In this document: piece by piece, positions 43,360 through 52,486 of the stretch
How positions within the stretch are numbered: position 1 is the first letter of the stretch
Layout of the letters: every line of letters begins with the position of its first letter
NCBI GenBank assembly: GCA_963557965.1
Contig: CAUWEX010000002.1
Coordinates: 16,451 to 80,450, forward strand
Direction of reading: 5' to 3'
Source: an uncultured Clostridia bacterium
GTDB taxonomy: Bacteria; Bacillota; Clostridia; TANB77; CAG-508
Length of the DNA stretch: 64,000 nt
Translations under genes and position numbers: made by a program
Notes under the pieces: generated by a model
What the model saw: only the letters and a program-made list of their open reading frames with translations
Told to the model about the DNA's origin: nothing
Database searches by the model: none

Positions 43360-44072
43360 TATCTTCTACCTCCTTTTGGCTTTTGTGCTTCTGCAGAATA
43401 TAGTGGAATTGATGCTAGTACTGGTAATTTAAATTCTTTTTCTACTTCTTCTGCTGTTTTGATTGTTGTGTCTAACATATTGGCAACCAATACATAAATT
43501 ACTGCTACTACAACTCCTATAAATGCGAATATAACAACATCTTTTTGATGGTTTATATTTGATGGTGTTGTATTTACTTCTGCTTGATCGACAATATGTA
43601 CGTTATTAATATTATAAAAATCATTTGCGATTTTTTCTATAAATACATTTGCTGTTTCATTGGCTATTTTAGCTGCATTTTGTGGATTGTCTGTTGTTAC
43701 AGTAATTTTCAACATTTCTGTATCTTTCACATTTGCTACCGCTATGTTATTTTTTAGTGTTTCATAATTTAAGTCCATTCCTAAGTTAGAGATAACTTGC
43801 CCTAATACATTTTTGCTTCTTACCAATTCACTGTATGTTGATACTAATTTTGAGTTTAATGTTACATCTGTTGTTGTTATTGTATTTGATTGGTTTCCTC
43901 CTTTTGCTGCTGAACCTGCCAATAGTAGTGATGTAGACGCACTATATTCAGGTGTGGTAAATCCTACTGTATATATTATTCCAATTGCTATAAATATTAG
44001 TATTAACAGTATGATTTGTGCTTTTTTGTTCCAAAAAATTGTAAATAATTCTTTTAAATCTAGTTCTTCCAT
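43359..44072 (-). CDS. Polysaccharide co-polymerase / chain-length determinant (CpsC/YwqC/Wzz-like).
   Basis: It has two TM segments flanking an extracellular domain and the PCP fold. Its stop overlaps the start of the kinase gene (ATGA). Confidence 0.8.
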   Translation of the reverse strand: MEELDLKELFTIFWNKKAQIILLILIFIAIGIIYTVGFTTPEYSASTSLLLAGSAAKGGNQSNTITTTDVTLNSKLVSTYSELVRSKNVLGQVISNLGMDLNYETLKNNIAVANVKDTEMLKITVTTDNPQNAAKIANETANVFIEKIANDFYNINNVHIVDQAEVNTTPSNINHQKDVVIFAFIGVVVAVIYVLVANMLDTTIKTAEEVEKEFKLPVLASIPLYSAEAQKPKGGRR

Positions 44073-44157
44073 TTTTTCCCCCTAAATCTTTTTTATTTCT
44101 TTTGTAAATTATACTTTTATAGTATATCCTTAACTAAAGTTTTTTGCAATATTTTTG

Positions 44158-44194
44158 GCAAAAAAAGTCAAGATATTGTAATAATATCTTGACG
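44158..44194 (-). terminator. Strong rho-independent terminator after the 44200..44637 gene.
   Basis: It has a perfect 11-bp stem (GTCAAGATATT/AATATCTTGAC) followed by UUUUUUU on the minus strand. Confidence 0.75.
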
Positions 44195-44199
44195 TAATG

Positions 44200-44637
44200 T
44201 TAAGATTTTTTTTGCTTGTCAGCTTGCTTAAAAAATTTATAAAAATTCATTACAGGAAATTTTATTGTAGGCATATCGCTCAATGCCGTATTAGCCGTAA
44301 TATATGCACGTATTATTTGAGATAATATAGGTGCTCCATTATATTTTAACATTTCTTCAAACTTCTCATCGCTTAATTCTATATCTCCCGTAAATAATGC
44401 TTGCATTAGTAAATGTATTGTTCCTAATTCTGTTTCATTTTCTATTAGTTTTATATCATATGTCATATCAACTTGTCCAATTTTCTCTTTTTCATTGCTT
44501 TCTATTTTTACTACTTCGAAAGTAATTGAACAGCCTAATTCTAAATCTAAATTTTCTGGTATTCTTTCTTTTATATTTAAGTTATATTCTTTTATATAGT
44601 TATCCATTAACTGTATATTTGCTTGTAATTTTTCCAT
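44200..44637 (-). CDS. Hypothetical protein (about 145 aa), the third gene of the toxin-antitoxin-like cassette.
   Basis: It has a good RBS AAAGGAG and the ATG at 44637. Its start lies 38 nt inside the 3' end of the HTH gene. Confidence 0.5.
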   Translation of the reverse strand: MEKLQANIQLMDNYIKEYNLNIKERIPENLDLELGCSITFEVVKIESNEKEKIGQVDMTYDIKLIENETELGTIHLLMQALFTGDIELSDEKFEEMLKYNGAPILSQIIRAYITANTALSDMPTIKFPVMNFYKFFKQADKQKKS

Positions 44638-45133
44638 TATCAGTATCTCCTTTTTGATTACAATAATAATTTTTAATATATATAACATTGTCTATATTTT
44701 TTGAATTTTTATAATATTCTCTAATTTTATATTCTTGCTCTTTACTATTTTCTATAATTTTAATATTTAATCTATAATCAACTTCGTCTAAATATTTTAA
44801 AATTTCTCTTAATGTATCTTTAAACATATTTGTAGTTTCTGTCAACTTTCTTGAAATTGTATATATCAATTTAAATGTTGGATTATATTTTCCGCTCTCT
44901 ATTTTAGATATCATTGTTTGATTAACGCCCAACTTTTGAGCCAATTGCTTTTGCGTCAAATTATTTTCTTTTCTATATTCAATAATTATTTTTGAAATTG
45001 AATAATAAATTTCGTTCAATTCTAATGTTTCCACCACTTGTGGACTTATCTTCCCTTTTATTTTTGGGGATACAATATTAATATTATCATACATTTTCAT
45101 CACTACCTCATTATATTTATTACATATTATCAT
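44600..45133 (-). CDS. XRE-family helix-turn-helix protein (HigA-like antitoxin candidate).
   Basis: It has a Cro/C1-type HTH (…NNLTQKQLAQKLGVNQTMISKIESGK…). Its start overlaps the upstream toxin-like gene. Confidence 0.65.
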   Translation of the reverse strand: MIICNKYNEVVMKMYDNINIVSPKIKGKISPQVVETLELNEIYYSISKIIIEYRKENNLTQKQLAQKLGVNQTMISKIESGKYNPTFKLIYTISRKLTETTNMFKDTLREILKYLDEVDYRLNIKIIENSKEQEYKIREYYKNSKNIDNVIYIKNYYCNQKGDTDNGKITSKYTVNG

Positions 45134-45548
45134 TATTTTTTAAAGATGTATATATTCTTATTGCTCGTTCAATATTAATATCATAATTGCCTTTTCCTTT
45201 AGTTTTCGTTTTATCTTCGTTGAACGCTTTTAATAATATTATTCTATTATACTCATCCTCTATTATATATATGCATCTTAAATTAGAAGTATTTCTATAT
45301 TCATATCTATACATTGATTTTCCTTTTAACTTTTTGGTTTGACTTGGTGTCAAACTAAGTCTCTCATATCTATTATGTTTAGTTTTATCAGCTCTTATCA
45401 TGTCTCTTTGAAAGTCATGTATAAACTTAACTATATCTGTTTTTACTAACTTACATATGTCATTGAAAAACTGATTAGTTGCATATATTCCATGTATTTC
45501 CAATACTTCTAGCATTGCTAAAAAATCTTCATTTGCACTCAAGGGCAT
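45120..45548 (-). CDS. Putative HigB/Gp49-like (RelE superfamily) toxin.
   Basis: The C-terminal pattern …YRYEYRNTSNLRCIYIIEDEYNRIILLKAFNEDKTKTKGKG..DINIERAIRIYTS resembles the Gp49/HigB core (…RILYFF…VLLHGFKKKTQKTP…EIEKAK…). It sits upstream of an XRE-HTH gene. The assignment is from memory. Confidence 0.4.
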   Translation of the reverse strand: MPLSANEDFLAMLEVLEIHGIYATNQFFNDICKLVKTDIVKFIHDFQRDMIRADKTKHNRYERLSLTPSQTKKLKGKSMYRYEYRNTSNLRCIYIIEDEYNRIILLKAFNEDKTKTKGKGNYDINIERAIRIYTSLKNNDNM

Positions 45549-45588
45549 CTACTCCTTATGTATTTCTAATATATATTTCCTCCTTTAT

Positions 45589-45635
45589 ATTACTTATAAG
45601 TAATATATTAGTCTAAAAAAAACATTTTGTCAACA
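45589..45635 (-). promoter_or_regulatory. Promoter (-35 TTGACA, 17 nt, -10 TAATAT) plus a perfect 20-bp palindromic operator ATATTACTTATAAGTAATAT overlapping the -10/+1 of the toxin-antitoxin cassette.
   Basis: Read directly. The architecture is typical of autoregulated toxin-antitoxin promoters. Confidence 0.55.
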
Positions 45636-45648
45636 TTATATAGAAATT

Positions 45649-46584
45649 TTATTTTTTTATTTTTTCTTGATTATAATTTTTTAACTCCTCTTCTGTTATT
45701 CCTGTTATTTCTTTTAATTCTTTTTTAGATTTATTTTTTAATGTTTTATTATCCTCTAAATACTTATAGTTTAGTACATTTTCTTTGCTGATTACTGTTT
45801 CACCTAATTCTTTTTCTAAATTTTCGCGTGTACCTCTAGCTATTCTACCACCACGTTTAGCTATTTCTTTGTTTTCTTTTAACCCATAAGGCTTATACTT
45901 TTTTGCAAGTTCTTTTGTTGCAAGTTCTCCTAAATCTGTTAATGTAACTTCTATATCCGTCATATTATCTCTTAATGATTCTTTCCTAATTCCTTTATAT
46001 TCTTTATATTCTGATGCCTTCATTCCTGACCATTCTTTATAGATTTCATTTGTAAGTATACCATACTCAACATTTTTATTTATTCCGCTTTCTTTCCATA
46101 CATCTGTAAGTTTACATCTATCAACAACTCCTGTTAATCTTTGTTTAATCCATATGTCATCATATCCACGACTTCTATAATAATCCACTGCACGATTAAC
46201 AGCAAGTTCTGGATCAAATACTTCATCTATTCGCTCTTTTCCCATCTGAGCCAGCCAAAGCTTAAATGGTTCTGCTTTTGGGCTTGGTACAGATTCTATT
46301 AGTCTTAAAATTCCTTTTGTATCTAGTGTATCTGTGCTATAAAATTTTCCATCCTTTGATTTTAATTTCAGTTGTCGACATTTTGTCGATATCTCACTTT
46401 TTTCTTCTTCTGTCATTCTTTTCTTTAATCTATACCAATAATCTTTTGAATCTCTACTTTCTGTTAAAGCTCCAATTACATCAACTACACTAAAATAGTA
46501 TTCTTCTTTTTCATTATCCCAAATACTTCTTATTTCCTTTCCTTCAAAAAGATTTGAAATAGTTTCTAATTTTTTATTTTCCAT
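45649..46584 (-). CDS. Bro-N domain protein (phage antirepressor-like). Its C-terminal tail is shared with Rpn/YhgA-family proteins.
   Basis: The N-terminus is …FEGKEIRSIWDNEKEEYYFSVVDVIGALTESRDSKDYW… (Bro-N). The C-terminus is …KELKEITGITEEELKNY. Confidence 0.6.
   Translation of the reverse strand: MENKKLETISNLFEGKEIRSIWDNEKEEYYFSVVDVIGALTESRDSKDYWYRLKKRMTEEEKSEISTKCRQLKLKSKDGKFYSTDTLDTKGILRLIESVPSPKAEPFKLWLAQMGKERIDEVFDPELAVNRAVDYYRSRGYDDIWIKQRLTGVVDRCKLTDVWKESGINKNVEYGILTNEIYKEWSGMKASEYKEYKGIRKESLRDNMTDIEVTLTDLGELATKELAKKYKPYGLKENKEIAKRGGRIARGTRENLEKELGETVISKENVLNYKYLEDNKTLKNKSKKELKEITGITEEELKNYNQEKIKK
45679..45714. repeat. 36-bp perfect direct repeat, copy A (ttttaactcctcttctgttattcctgttatttcttt). 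It encodes the shared C-terminal motif of the Bro-N gene.
   Basis: It is identical to 46706..46741. Confidence 0.9.
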
Positions 46585-46693
46585 TTATTTATCATTCCTT
46601 TACACATTTATTATATAGAAATTATATCAAGGATATATATTCTTCTCAATTAAGTTTGCAAAATATAGAATTATGAAAATTTAACATTATTTT

Positions 46694-47023
46694 CTATTTA
46701 TACGCTTTTAACTCCTCTTCTGTTATTCCTGTTATTTCTTTAATTTGTTTTATCGACATATTTATTTCTAGTAATTTTTTTGCTACTTCTATCTTAGTTT
46801 TTCCAATTCCTGCAATTTCACCTTCGCTTCTTCCTTCTCGTCTTAACCTCGCTTTTTCTCTTTTTATCATTTCATCTACTGCCATTCCCATATCTTCTTC
46901 TAATCCTCCACTATGTACATAATTTTCATATATCACATCTTCTCCTTTATTATAAACGTTATTAATTTGTTGCTCAATTTTTATTTTGAGGTAAATATGT
47001 TTGTTTACTATATTTTTTATCAT
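46694..47023 (-). pseudogene. C-terminal remnant of an Rpn/YhgA-family (PD-(D/E)XK) recombination-promoting nuclease/transposase.
   Basis: The 109-aa ORF ends in the family's C-terminal repeat motif (…KIEVAKKLLEINMSIKQIKEITGITEEELKAYK). There is no N-terminal nuclease domain upstream. Confidence 0.5.
46706..46741. repeat. 36-bp perfect direct repeat, copy B. It is inside the Rpn-family fragment.
   Basis: It is identical to 45679..45714. Confidence 0.9.
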
Positions 47024-47149
47024 GTATTCTCTTTTTTTCTTACTTTTTCTCTGTTTTTGGAATTTTTATAGAATTAAAATTGTTGATTAAAATATACCTA
47101 TACTTATATCACGGTAAAGTTTTTCTGTCAACTCTTTTTTCAGCTTTTG

Positions 47150-47183
47150 ATAAAAAATATAGAGCTATGAAATCATAGCTCAC
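47150..47183 (-). terminator. Rho-independent terminator after the 47188..47814 gene.
   Basis: It has a perfect 9-bp stem (GAGCTATGA aat TCATAGCTC) followed by a UUUUUU run on the minus strand. Confidence 0.7.
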
Positions 47184-47187
47184 TTTA

Positions 47188-47814
47188 TTATTGTGCACAT
47201 TTCTTACACGGTGTTAATCCCATTGATTTGGCTTGTGATAATGTAGATGCTTTTGAATTTTTTCCACCACATGTAGGACTATAATGATATCTCTTTCCTG
47301 TTGGTGTTACATATACTGTTTGACCAGTAGGTGTTGTTTTTTGAGTTGACTGAGTCTTTTTAGTGTTTTTTGTTGTTTGAGTTGCTGATGATGTAGATTT
47401 TGTCTTACTTGTACTGCTGCTACTTTGTTTTTGATTATTTGTACTTGTTGTTTTATTTGATGAACTTGGAGATGTTGTTGCTGTTGCTTTTTTGGTTTCA
47501 CTTATGTTCGTATTAGTAGCTGCCTCATTTGTTATTTGATTGCTTGAAGTAACGACATCTGTGTTGACACTATTTCTTACATTGTTTACATCTTTGGTAT
47601 TATCTACAGTATTTTGATTTTTGCTATTATTAATTGTATTTCCAATTATATTTTGATTGCTGCTTGCTATTTTACTATTTTCTCCTACTATGGTTGAAAT
47701 TCCCATACCTATTAGTATTAAAACAATTACTATAATTATTACTGCATATTTTGATGCTATTCCTTTTTCTTTCATTTTTACATATTCCCCCTCTTTTCGT
47801 CTAGTATTATACAA
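47188..47814 (-). CDS. Membrane-anchored Ser/Thr/Asn-rich protein with a C-terminal Zn-ribbon (Ada-like Cys/His motif).
   Basis: It has an N-terminal TM segment and a low-complexity S/T-rich region. The C-terminus is …GKRYHYSPTCGGKNSKASTLSQAKSMGLTPCKKC. Confidence 0.6.
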   Translation of the reverse strand: MYNTRRKEGEYVKMKEKGIASKYAVIIIVIVLILIGMGISTIVGENSKIASSNQNIIGNTINNSKNQNTVDNTKDVNNVRNSVNTDVVTSSNQITNEAATNTNISETKKATATTSPSSSNKTTSTNNQKQSSSSTSKTKSTSSATQTTKNTKKTQSTQKTTPTGQTVYVTPTGKRYHYSPTCGGKNSKASTLSQAKSMGLTPCKKCAQ

Positions 47815-47894
47815 TATATTACATTTTTTTACAATACTCCTAGAAAATATTTATTTCCTTATAACAAAAGGCAGAAAATAAATTTCCACCTTTT

Positions 47895-48611
47895 TTAATA
47901 TTTAATATCTTTAGATCTTAATTTAAAAATAATCGCCGCAATAATAACTATCACAATTGCTATTATTATAATGTTATTTAATCCTGCTGCTGGCAGTCTC
48001 GTTATTCCTACTGCAGTAACCGAATTTTTTCCTTTGGTACTTGCTTTATCTACAATATCATTTACTTGAGTATTTTCTATATTGGTATTTACGTTATTAT
48101 TTGTATCGTTGTTTTCTATTTTATGGTTAACTACTTTTACTGTTAATTCTTTGTTAAATTGAAAATCATTTGTTCCATCTGTTAATAGCATATCTTTTAA
48201 AATAATTTTTCCTTCACCTTCTTCAATTGCATTTTTATTAATCTTTAATATGATTTTTGCAATATCCGTATTAGGCTTTGCATCTGATGTATCTCCTATT
48301 AAAGTATTTGTTGTTTTTTCATAATTTGCATTCCAACCATTTAGCCCTTCTACTGTAGCTGTTTCAAAAATCTCATTATCGTATTCTAATATAGCTTGAT
48401 ATCCCATTACTAAATACTCGTCAGTCATTGATAAGTTTCTTAAATCTTCCAATGAAATTATTAATTCTAATGACTCTTGTGTTGTATCTATTTCTTTATT
48501 TGATAATTTTATACTTATCTCAGCATTTGTTTCTTGGTTAGCATATGCCGTTGTCGTTATTATAAATATAAATAATATTAGTAATAAATTACATATTTTT
48601 AATTTTTTCAT
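47895..48611 (-). CDS. Cell-surface protein with a cohesin-like domain and a C-terminal sortase-type sorting signal.
   Basis: It has a signal peptide. The central region resembles type I cohesin (…GYQAILEYDNEIFETATVEG… compared with …YSYDPNVLEIIEIEPG…). The C-terminus is …TRLPAAG, then a hydrophobic stretch, then KLRSKDIKY. Confidence 0.5.
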   Translation of the reverse strand: MKKLKICNLLLILFIFIITTTAYANQETNAEISIKLSNKEIDTTQESLELIISLEDLRNLSMTDEYLVMGYQAILEYDNEIFETATVEGLNGWNANYEKTTNTLIGDTSDAKPNTDIAKIILKINKNAIEEGEGKIILKDMLLTDGTNDFQFNKELTVKVVNHKIENNDTNNNVNTNIENTQVNDIVDKASTKGKNSVTAVGITRLPAAGLNNIIIIAIVIVIIAAIIFKLRSKDIKY

Positions 48612-48647
48612 CTCTTGCTCCTTATAATTTAAATGATTTTGTACTTT

Positions 48648-51288
48648 TTATAATTCTTTAGATAAAACTATAATTCTCATTTTTACTAGATCTTTAATAT
48701 TAATTTCGTTTCTATCTAAATTAGTATCTGCTGCTATTATGGCTAAATTGGTTAGATTGTTTTTTAATAATAAATATTTTCTTAATTCTATTATATCTTT
48801 AATATTTACACTAGCATCTCCATTTACATCTCCGGTTATTACAATATTTAATTTTTCTTTTGAATTTGTTTCTAGGATGTCTCCTGTTGCTAGTTTATCA
48901 TCCTTTGTTAATACATTATCTTTTCTATATATCCTTCCCTCTATTTCTCCATTTAATTTATTAAAAAATGTATCCACTGTAGTGCCACAATTTACATTTT
49001 TTATTATATTATTTTCGATTATATAGTCTTGTTCTTCAAGTCCTACAATTTTAAATGTTACTGATGTTATATTTTGGGCTTTATCTGTTGCAACTATTTG
49101 ATACATGCCTTCTTCTCGAATTTCTGAGCCTATCATATAGTCCTTTCTTACATTGCCATTTTCTATAAGTTCTATATTCTCTAGATGTTCTTCAATTATC
49201 TGCGGTATTACTTTATATTTATATGTTGCATTTGGTTCAAGTCCCACAATTACTGGGGCTGTTTTATCGATTGTTATATTGGCTAGTTGCTCTTCTTGAT
49301 TATCTTTGTTTTGATATATTACCTTTATTTTATAACATCCTTCTTCATTTAGCTCTAGTTGTTTATTTTTTATTTCTATATCATTTATCGTTAAAATTGT
49401 CTTTATCCCTTCATATTCGTTTTTATATATTACTATATTTTGATTAATGATTGCATTTTTTTCTATTTCTTTTCCTGAAGTTTCTTGAATTTTTATAGAG
49501 TTTTTATCTTTTAAAGGAACACTAAAATTTACTTTTAAATCTTCTAGTACATTATAAAATTTATGACTAAACAATTTGATCTTTCTCCCTGTACTAGTCT
49601 TATAATCCTTTATGTTTATATCATTAGGTAATATATAATTATTTCTTAAATCACCATTTGATATCCCTGTTTTTTCTTTATTGTTATCAAAAATATAAAA
49701 CTCAGTATAACTGTTATCCACATGAGTATCATCAATTATTAATCCATCTATCGTAACATTAGGCAAATATATTTCATATCCATAATCATGTGGTTTTCCA
49801 TTATCATCATAATTTGTATTAAATGAAATTATGCTAGATTTTTTAAATTGTGGCATATTGCAATCTTTGATATTTATATTTCCGTTCCCAAGTAGCTCCA
49901 TAATCACTTCTTAAATTGATTAGAGCTTGTTTAGATAGTATTGTTGTATTAATTATATTCAATTCTCCGCTACCTACTACAGTAATCCCTTTGTCTCCTA
50001 CTATTGAATTTTCTATTGTTAAATTATGTACTCCTGAATGCGCATCTACTCTGTTAAGTTTACAATTTTTGTATATTATGTCTTTGGTATAATTTGTACC
50101 CGTAATTCCCCATCTATTTGCATCTTCTAAATTTTCTTGAGTTACCTTGTTCATTTCAATATCTGTTGCATATTCAATGATTAAGTCATAATTTGAAGCT
50201 TGTTTGTATTTATGTGCAGTTAACTTGCAATTTTCTAAAAGCACATCTGAGCACTTTTCAACTCTTAAGAATCCATAATATGGGCCACCTAGTGATTCCT
50301 CTTTATCTAAGTTGTGATTTATATTTCTTATTTTAGTATTACTTCTATAACATATAATATTTCTATTATAATATCCTCTTTCTTGTTCTCGTCCTTCTTG
50401 AGGCAAAATAGTTATAAAATTTGCATTTTTTATTTCTAATTCCTCTTTAGGTATTGGAATTAAAACAATTCTTGAAATATAATCAAAATCCCATTGTATT
50501 TCATTTAATACATTTCCCTTATTATCAATCTTAAAAATGTCTTGCTGAGAATTTCCTGAATTTTGATTTTCCCCATATCTTATAAATTGTTTTCTGTTAT
50601 CATTATATATCATACATACACAGTTTCCATATCCTGATAATTCAGGTATATTATTAGTCTGCTTATTTATTGTAATTTCATCTAATATATTTCGTTCTCT
50701 AATTGTTTGTTCTTTTTCAAATGACAATATTTGAAAAAGAGGATAATCTTTTGTCTTTTTAGCTGAAATATTTTCGTCATGTAATACCAAGGTTGCATTA
50801 TTCCAGTTTGTATTAGTTTTTATTGGTATAGGAATGTATTCATCTTCTCTAAAAATATGATACTCTTTATTCTGTGCTCTTACTTCAAGATCATTATCAT
50901 TTGCATATATATGCGTTTTCATTATAGCCTCGTAATCGTCATGTTTTCCGTCTGCATATACTTCAAAATCTTCATATGTTACATATTTAATTCCTGTAGT
51001 AGGATCTATATGAATGTTTATGTTCTCTTTTTTTACTTCTTCTAAAACCTCTTGACTAATTTCTTCGTATTTATTATCATATTTTTCTAGTTTGTTTTCG
51101 GAGATTTCCATTTTAATGTTTTCATCATCTACTAATTGGTATTCACTTTGTTCTAACTTCATTTCTTTACCCGTTGTTATTAATATATTAGAGTTGAGAT
51201 ATCTCATGAAAAATAAGATTATTGTAATTACCAATATGAAAAATATCGGTATTATTAGGTATATTAATCTAACTTTCTTTTGTTTCAT
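48648..51288 (-). CDS. Membrane-anchored right-handed beta-helix (pectate-lyase-fold-like) protein with a C-terminal type I dockerin. It is split by a +1 frameshift at about 49874.
   Basis: The 481-aa ORF (N-terminal TM, beta-helix-like repeats …NLTIENSIVGDKGITVVGSGELNIINTTI…) and the 419-aa ORF join at …RSDYGATWE|GNINIKDC…. The C-terminus has tandem dockerin repeats GDVNGDASVNIKDIIELRKYLL and ADTNLDRNEINIKDLVKMRII. Confidence 0.6.
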
Positions 51289-51319
51289 AATTATATTATC
51301 CTTATTTTTATATTAAATT

Positions 51320-52486
51320 TTAATCTCTAAAGAATAAATCTCGTGTATATATTTTATCTTTTACATCTTGTAGTTCTTCATTATTTCTATTTACTACAAT
51401 TATATCGCTTACTTTTTTAAATTCTTCTAAATTTTTTATAACTTCGCTATTAAAAAATGTACATTCATGTAGCGTAGGTTCATATACTACTACTTTTATT
51501 CCTTTTGCTTTTATTCTCTTCATAATTCCTTGAATTGCACTTGCTCTAAAGTTATCTGAACCACTTTTCATGGTTAATCTATATATTCCCACCACTTTGG
51601 GATTTTTATTAATAATTTCTTGAGCTATATAGTCTTTTCTTGTTTTATTACTTTCGACTATTGCACTAATTAAATTTTCTGGTACGTCTTTATAATTTGC
51701 TTTCAATTGTTTTGTGTCTTTTGGTAGACAATATCCGCCATATCCAAATGATGGGTTATTGTAATGTGAACCAATTCTAGGATCCAAACATACTCCATCG
51801 ATAATATCCTTTGTGTTTAATCCTTTCATTTCTGCATAAGTATCTAACTCATTGAAATATGCTACTCTTAATGCTAAATAAGTATTGGCAAACAGTTTTA
51901 CCGCTTCAGCCTCTGTTGAATTCATATATTTTACTTCAACCTCTTTTTTTAGTGCTGCATTTTTTAACAAATCAGCAAATGCTTCTGCTCTTTTTGATTT
52001 TTCTCCAACAATTATTCTTGAAGGATATAAATTGTCATATAAAGCTTTTCCTTCTCTTAAGAATTCTGGCGAAAAGATTATATTTTCAATATTATATTTC
52101 TTTTTCATATTCTCTACAAATCCTACTGGAATTGTAGATTTTATTATCATTGTTGTTTCTAAATTCATGTTAATTACTTTTTGAATTATATCTTCTACAG
52201 ATGAAGTATCAAAATAATTTTTTTCATCGTCATAATTAGTTGGCGTACTAATTATAATAAATTTCGCATCTCTAAAAGCTTCTTTATAATTTAATGTTGC
52301 TGTTAAATTCAAGTCTTTTTCTTTGAAAAATCTTTCTATTTCTTCATCCTTTATAGGTGATATTCTATTATTTATCATTTGAACTTTTTCAGGTATAACA
52401 TCTAAGGCAACAACTTCATTATCTTGACTAAGTAATGTTGCTAAAGATAAACCTACATATCCTGTTCCTGCTACCGCTATTTTCAT
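51320..52486 (-). CDS. ugd: UDP-glucose 6-dehydrogenase.
   Basis: It starts [14 protein letters not shown]…, has the catalytic …[10 protein letters not shown]… motif and is 388 aa. Confidence 0.9.
   Translation of the reverse strand: MKIAVAGTGYVGLSLATLLSQDNEVVALDVIPEKVQMINNRISPIKDEEIERFFKEKDLNLTATLNYKEAFRDAKFIIISTPTNYDDEKNYFDTSSVEDIIQKVINMNLETTMIIKSTIPVGFVENMKKKYNIENIIFSPEFLREGKALYDNLYPSRIIVGEKSKRAEAFADLLKNAALKKEVEVKYMNSTEAEAVKLFANTYLALRVAYFNELDTYAEMKGLNTKDIIDGVCLDPRIGSHYNNPSFGYGGYCLPKDTKQLKANYKDVPENLISAIVESNKTRKDYIAQEIINKNPKVVGIYRLTMKSGSDNFRASAIQGIMKRIKAKGIKVVVYEPTLHECTFFNSEVIKNLEEFKKVSDIIVVNRNNEELQDVKDKIYTRDLFFRD

Noticed and set aside
47307-47501. 64-aa Gln/Lys-rich ORF nested inside the S/T-rich protein gene on the same strand.
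   Set aside because: It is an alternative frame of a low-complexity region with no independent support.
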